IMG/VR virus record: IMGVR_UViG_3300044630_007810
Source of the DNA: an uncultured virus (IMG/VR IMGVR_UViG_3300044630_007810)
Lineage: Duplodnaviria > Heunggongvirae > Uroviricota > Caudoviricetes
Direction: 5' to 3' (one strand)
Length of the DNA: 64,000 nucleotides
In this document: piece by piece, positions 59,813-64,000 of the stretch
How positions within the stretch are numbered: position 1 is the stretch's first letter
Layout of the letters: each line of letters starts with the position of its first letter
Program-made: the position numbers and the translations under genes
Notes under the pieces: model-generated
Database searches by the model: none
What the model was told of the DNA's origin: nothing
What the model saw: only the letters and a program-made list of their open reading frames with translations

Positions 59813-60748
59813 ATGAGTCAACAAACACTATATAACGACTTAGTAGTCAACGGTACTTTAACAGCGGGACAAAACTCAAAAGCTTCAGGTATTGCTTCGA
59901 TAGCTTTGGGCCGATTAAATACAGCGACTGGAGATTATTCAAATGTAGCTGGTGGCAGTAATAATACAGTGAATGGAACTGCTTCAAATGTAGCTGGTGG
60001 ATATTTAAATACAGTGAATGGAGATTATTCAAATGTAGCTGGTGGATATTTAAATACAGCGGGTGGAGCTGGTTCAAATGTAGCTGGTGGAGATTCTAAT
60101 ATGGCGAATGGAGATTCTTCAAATGTAGCTGGTGGATATTTAAATACAGTGAATGGAGATTATTCAAATGTAGCTGGTGGATATTTAAATACAGTGAATG
60201 GAGATTATTCAAATGTAGCTGGTGGATATTTAAATACAGCGGGTGGAGCTGGTTCAAATGTAGCTGGTGGAGATTCTAATATGGCGAATGGAGATTCTTC
60301 AAATGTAGCTGGTGGCAGTAATAATACAGTGAATGGAACTGCTTCAAATGTAGCTGGTGGATATTTAAATACAGCGGGTGGAGCTGCTTCAAATGTAGCT
60401 GGTGGCAGTAATAATACAGCGAATGGAATTACTTCAAATGTAGCTGGTGGATTTTTTAATGCAGCGAGTGGAGATTATTCAAGTATTGCGGGAGGAAGAA
60501 GAGCTAAAATACTCCAAGCTCATTCTGGAGCGGGTGTTTGGGCAGATGGACAGGATAGGGATCATACCTCAAAAGGTGAACATTCTTGTTTTCTGGACTT
60601 TGCTAGTGGGGTATATTTAAGACTTCCTCGATTCAATGGAGCTTCTTCTCAAGCAGGAAATATTGGAGAATTAAAAATAAGCGGATCTAATCTTTATGTA
60701 TGCACAGGAACAAATCTTTGGGGAAGAGTTGCTGTAACTAATTTTTAA
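59813..60748 (+). CDS. Trimeric adhesin/fibre with YadA-head-like repeats
   Basis: 12 x SNVAGG-x9; C-terminal GELKISGSNLYVCTGTNLWGRV. Confidence 0.7.
   Translation: MSQQTLYNDLVVNGTLTAGQNSKASGIASIALGRLNTATGDYSNVAGGSNNTVNGTASNVAGGYLNTVNGDYSNVAGGYLNTAGGAGSNVAGGDSNMANGDSSNVAGGYLNTVNGDYSNVAGGYLNTVNGDYSNVAGGYLNTAGGAGSNVAGGDSNMANGDSSNVAGGSNNTVNGTASNVAGGYLNTAGGAASNVAGGSNNTANGITSNVAGGFFNAASGDYSSIAGGRRAKILQAHSGAGVWADGQDRDHTSKGEHSCFLDFASGVYLRLPRFNGASSQAGNIGELKISGSNLYVCTGTNLWGRVAVTNF
59939..60478 (+). repeat. 45-nt coding tandem repeat, 12 units
   Basis: Invariant TCAAATGTAGCTGGTGG every 45 nt. Confidence 0.92.
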
Positions 60749-60766
60749 TTTTTTTAAATAAAATAT

Positions 60767-61267
60767 ATGGCTAATATCGGAGCTTTTCATTTCCCACTCA
60801 ATAATTTAAGTGTCCCAAATGGGATTCCATTTTTTCCAACCATAACTCAAGTTGGTGAAACATATAATATTTCATTTAATAAAGGTTATGTAATTGATTT
60901 AGCGCCAAAAATTCCAAGTATAGTTGAAGTAGAAAAATGTGAAGAGCCAGAGTATGCAAATCAACCAAATAGCAAATGGTATGTTAAAGTTGTAATGCGT
61001 ACAGATTTTAGCGATAAAGAAGATAAAAGAGTTATAAAAAGCGCTGAAATTGCTAGAATTCCAGATGGAGAAGGTGAAAAATTACCAGATACTGATAAAA
61101 TATATCTTGTTTGCGAAGTATCAGATAATATTGTTCAAAAATATGTTTTACGTGAAAATATAATTTGGGGTGGTGGAAATAAGAAATTTTGGGTTTTAGA
61201 TGATGCTGGTACTAGTGCTCAATATACTTTCTTAGCTTCAAGAGTACAAGAAAACACTAGTAAATAA
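60767..61267 (+). CDS. Hypothetical protein (virion-associated?)
   Basis: 166 aa in the fibre operon. Confidence 0.5.
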   Translation: MANIGAFHFPLNNLSVPNGIPFFPTITQVGETYNISFNKGYVIDLAPKIPSIVEVEKCEEPEYANQPNSKWYVKVVMRTDFSDKEDKRVIKSAEIARIPDGEGEKLPDTDKIYLVCEVSDNIVQKYVLRENIIWGGGNKKFWVLDDAGTSAQYTFLASRVQENTSK

Positions 61268-62281
61268 ATGGCTGAAAAATTTACGACATTTCCAGATATT
61301 CCAATTAATATTGAACGAGTAACACAAGAAACTTACGATTCATTTGTAAATAGAGAAAGACCTGGCATAGCAGCTTTAGTTGTCCCAGGACCAATAACCA
61401 GAAAACAATTATTCGATATATATTGGACAAAAGAATATTCATACACCTTCTCTTTAACAAGCAAATATGGCGGAGTAAATGAAGGTGGAACTAAGAATTC
61501 ATATACATCAGTTCAAAGAAAAGGTCAGACACGAGCATATTTGACTCCAACAACAATGGAACAGGGTATTGGTTTTGGAGACAACCTTTTCTTAAATAAA
61601 GAGGATAGAGAATCTCTTGGAGAATTAAATGATTCTGATCCAAGAAAAGCTTTAATTAGTTATGTAACTGCTACTTATCAAGTTGCTACAGGAGATAATT
61701 TTTTAGCTAAAGGTTTATGTACCAATCCTATTGCAATAGAAAAAAAAGCAAGTCAAGAAGAAATGCAAGGCGCACAACCAGTAACTACATATAATGTAGA
61801 TTTTGAATTTGGTACAACCACTGGTTTTTTTGCTTGGGAAAAAAGAATAGCGCCTGTTGGGACACCCTTTGCTGCATGGAACATTGTCGAAATAAACCCT
61901 GAAACCGACGAAATTAAACAAACAGACAAATATTATTTTTCTCCTGTCGGCTTCGGAGGAGTCTTTTCTTATCAAGAAGGTCAAGAGTCAGAAGAGAGTG
62001 AAAGAATTATTAGATATTTCGCTTCATTTTACGCTTATGGAAAACCCCCAGTCTTTGATCCCTCAAATACTAATTTTAAAAAAATTGGTAATCTTAAATT
62101 TCATGACGCGAAACCACTAGAAATATGGGGAGATCAGCGTGTTACTGTACTCGAAAGAGTTTCTGCTGAAGATATCTTTGGAAATACTATTTACACATAT
62201 GAAACTAAAGAAGAGTCCGTTGGTGCTTTTAGTGTAGATTTTACTGTAGCAAGCTCAAGTAAATTTAATTTTGAAATTTAA
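61268..62281 (+). CDS. Hypothetical protein (virion-associated?)
   Basis: 337 aa, abuts the previous gene. Confidence 0.5.
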   Translation: MAEKFTTFPDIPINIERVTQETYDSFVNRERPGIAALVVPGPITRKQLFDIYWTKEYSYTFSLTSKYGGVNEGGTKNSYTSVQRKGQTRAYLTPTTMEQGIGFGDNLFLNKEDRESLGELNDSDPRKALISYVTATYQVATGDNFLAKGLCTNPIAIEKKASQEEMQGAQPVTTYNVDFEFGTTTGFFAWEKRIAPVGTPFAAWNIVEINPETDEIKQTDKYYFSPVGFGGVFSYQEGQESEESERIIRYFASFYAYGKPPVFDPSNTNFKKIGNLKFHDAKPLEIWGDQRVTVLERVSAEDIFGNTIYTYETKEESVGAFSVDFTVASSSKFNFEI

Positions 62282-62282
62282 A

Positions 62283-62528
62283 TCAAATTTTTCTTAAACG
62301 CACTTGAACAAAATATTTTCCATTACTTTTAAAGTAATTGATTGATTCAATTACATAATTATTTGGCTTAGTTTTAGAAAATTTATTCATAGCGTCTTCA
62401 TAAGAATAAATACTAGATGACGAAAGAGATAATGCATTGCATGTAGTTGGAAAAACATGCCTACCGTCTTTTGCCAAGATCTTCAAAGACATCAAAAAAA
62501 CAAATGCAATAACTAATATTTTTTTCAT
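62283..62528 (-). CDS. Small exported protein
   Basis: Signal peptide MKKILVIAFVFLMSLKILA; own TTGACA-17-TAATAT promoter at 62563-62535. Confidence 0.6.
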   Translation of the reverse strand: MKKILVIAFVFLMSLKILAKDGRHVFPTTCNALSLSSSSIYSYEDAMNKFSKTKPNNYVIESINYFKSNGKYFVQVRLRKI

Positions 62529-62559
62529 GAAAAAATATTATCAATAATAAAGTCAATTG

Positions 62560-62844
62560 TCAAATACTTTTTTCTTCAATAATTGCGCGAGATTTAATTT
62601 TTTTTATTCTCGAAATATCATTCATTTTTTCTTTTTGAATATTCTTCTTGGCGAACAAAGATGTAAAAAAAACTAATGTTAGAGAGCCAATTATATACAA
62701 AAAATTATTAAACTGATCAAGTTTAACTGCAAGATTGTTGTTGTATTCAACAATTTCTTTTAAATCGTTTATTAAATAAACTCCATTTAATATAAACAAA
62801 CTAGTTATGCAACATATTAATAATATTAATAGTTTGTTATTCAT
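62560..62844 (-). CDS. Membrane protein with two TM segments in the lysis cassette
   Basis: Two hydrophobic segments and a basic tail. Confidence 0.55.
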   Translation of the reverse strand: MNNKLLILLICCITSLFILNGVYLINDLKEIVEYNNNLAVKLDQFNNFLYIIGSLTLVFFTSLFAKKNIQKEKMNDISRIKKIKSRAIIEEKSI

Positions 62845-63158
62845 TTTTTGAAAAATTTTTCTGGTTTTTCTGAAAACTTTTTCGCTAATTTTATTATTCC
62901 ATCAATTACTTCTGGAGATATCACACCTATAATACCGTAAGTAACTGCTTTATACAAAGAAGATATATCTGTTTGCTCTAAAACAAACCAAGAGATTCCA
63001 GCGGCAATAGCTGCTGTAAGAATTTTTTTAAACTGATCAATTAAACTTAATTTTGAATCAGTGCTTAATAATCTAGCTATCATAGCGCCAGCACCAATCA
63101 TAGGAATCATCCAGCCCCCATCTAAAAATTCTTTTAAGAGAGATCTCTCTGTATCCAT
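62841..63158 (-). CDS. Putative holin
   Basis: Three hydrophobic segments, basic C-terminus, adjacent to the endolysin; GTGTAA 8 nt upstream. Confidence 0.6.
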   Translation of the reverse strand: MDTERSLLKEFLDGGWMIPMIGAGAMIARLLSTDSKLSLIDQFKKILTAAIAAGISWFVLEQTDISSLYKAVTYGIIGVISPEVIDGIIKLAKKFSEKPEKFFKK

Positions 63159-63171
63159 GATTTTGATTACA

Positions 63172-63801
63172 CTAAATCATGATTCTTATCCTACTTCTAA
63201 TAGAAGAAAGTTTACGTTTTTTAATCAATACTGCGCCACCTTCTCTTGATCCATGACCATCTGTATTTCCTTCAATAGTTGTTACATAACCAGATTCATC
63301 TGGTTCACTAATTGCCAAACCAATATGAGAAAAATTAAAGATAACTACATCCCCCGCTTTAATGTCTCCACCATGAGGTTTCTTTAAAAGAACATGTGTA
63401 TCTTGCTCTCTGCACCAGTTTTCAAAATCATATGCACCTGCTGTTTGGGGTCTTTTGAAACTATATTTGCCATCTTTCATAGCTTCTCTAAATAACCAAC
63501 AAATAAAAGCCGCGCACCATGGCCACGACTTTGTTGAATCTAACCAAGTAGCAGATTTGTATTCATTAACTCTAGGACCACAATTAGTTCCATTGATTTC
63601 TTCAACGCCAACTTCTTTTCTTGCTAAAGCAACAAGTTTTTCGGCAAGAGTTCCTTTTTTTGTTTCGGTTTCACTTGGTGAAACAACACCTAATTTATTT
63701 AATATTGCATTCCATGTCATTGGTCCATCTTCTCCATCTACTTTTAAACCTAAAGATTTTTGGACTTTTTTTACTAGATCTGATTTACCTTTGAATTCCA
63801 T
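63172..63801 (-). CDS. Endolysin: peptidoglycan-binding domain plus CHAP amidase
   Basis: VQKSLGLKVDGEDGPMTW; PWCAAF; SHIGL; TIEGNT. Confidence 0.85.
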   Translation of the reverse strand: MEFKGKSDLVKKVQKSLGLKVDGEDGPMTWNAILNKLGVVSPSETETKKGTLAEKLVALARKEVGVEEINGTNCGPRVNEYKSATWLDSTKSWPWCAAFICWLFREAMKDGKYSFKRPQTAGAYDFENWCREQDTHVLLKKPHGGDIKAGDVVIFNFSHIGLAISEPDESGYVTTIEGNTDGHGSREGGAVLIKKRKLSSIRSRIRIMI

Positions 63802-63866
63802 ATTATATTATAAATTTTTTTTTAAAAATACTATTTTAAAAATCTTCATAGGTAATTCCATCACTA

Positions 63867-64000
63867 TTATAGATCATAGATTACAGTTCTTCCACCAAAT
63901 GTTGCACCATAACCAGTGGCTCCAACTGGAACATGAATCGGAGCTGATCCTGTACTTGAAAAGACACCACTTCCAAGTGTCGGAGCAGTAAGCGCTAAAA
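63867..64000 (-). CDS. C-terminus of a BspA/LRR_5-type protein (partial)
   Basis: LALTAPTLGSGVF...IHVPVGATGYGATFGGRTVIYDL*, a typical LRR_5 cap. Confidence 0.55.
   Translation of the reverse strand, partial: LALTAPTLGSGVFSSTGSAPIHVPVGATGYGATFGGRTVIYDL

Noticed and set aside
59939..60478. CRISPR-like pattern of constant repeat and variable spacer
   Set aside because: In-frame coding with a period of 15 codons; the spacers recur and resemble each other; no cas operon
1989..63991. Antisense or nested ORFs in the track (e.g. 1989-2330, 4482-4940, 40760-41254, 56233-56700, 63455-63991)
   Set aside because: Shadows of well-supported genes, with no motifs or expression signals
1..64000. Stop-codon reassignment
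   Set aside because: Conserved genes are full-length in code 11; the broken genes are due to frameshifts

Overview
AT-rich segment of a large tailed dsDNA phage (Caudoviricetes); standard code 11 gives dense, long ORFs. Gene order: tail assembly, tape measure and baseplate-like genes (1-14.5 kb); a leftward block with an annealase-like protein, glycosyltransferases, a Whirly-like SSB, a sigma factor, dNMP kinase and dUTPase, interrupted by a rightward fibre gene (14.5-24.7 kb); a divergent promoter region; nrdB-nrdA and hsp20; a glycan synthesis/methylation island ending in an HNH gene and gmd (28-38 kb); a replication module (RecA-like, DnaB, DnaG, PD-(D/E)xK nuclease, DnaE split into PHP, exonuclease and core genes, Clp ATPase); repeat-rich fibre/adhesin genes (54-62 kb); and a holin/CHAP-endolysin cassette. 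Most notable: (1) a tape measure protein with enzyme-like cassettes (P-loop kinase-like, PD-(D/E)xK-like) bounded by a four-times repeated G[FY]IPN[FY] motif; (2) a GTGTA(A/T) motif 8-9 nt upstream of 8 start codons, a candidate late promoter for the phage sigma factor; (3) strong [S/T]-G enrichment in virion proteins alongside many glycosyltransferases, suggesting virion glycosylation; (4) two insertions that left a dead copy of the invaded gene's 5' end. All calls come from reading motifs by eye; no searches were run. No tRNA, rRNA, CRISPR array or reverse transcriptase was seen.
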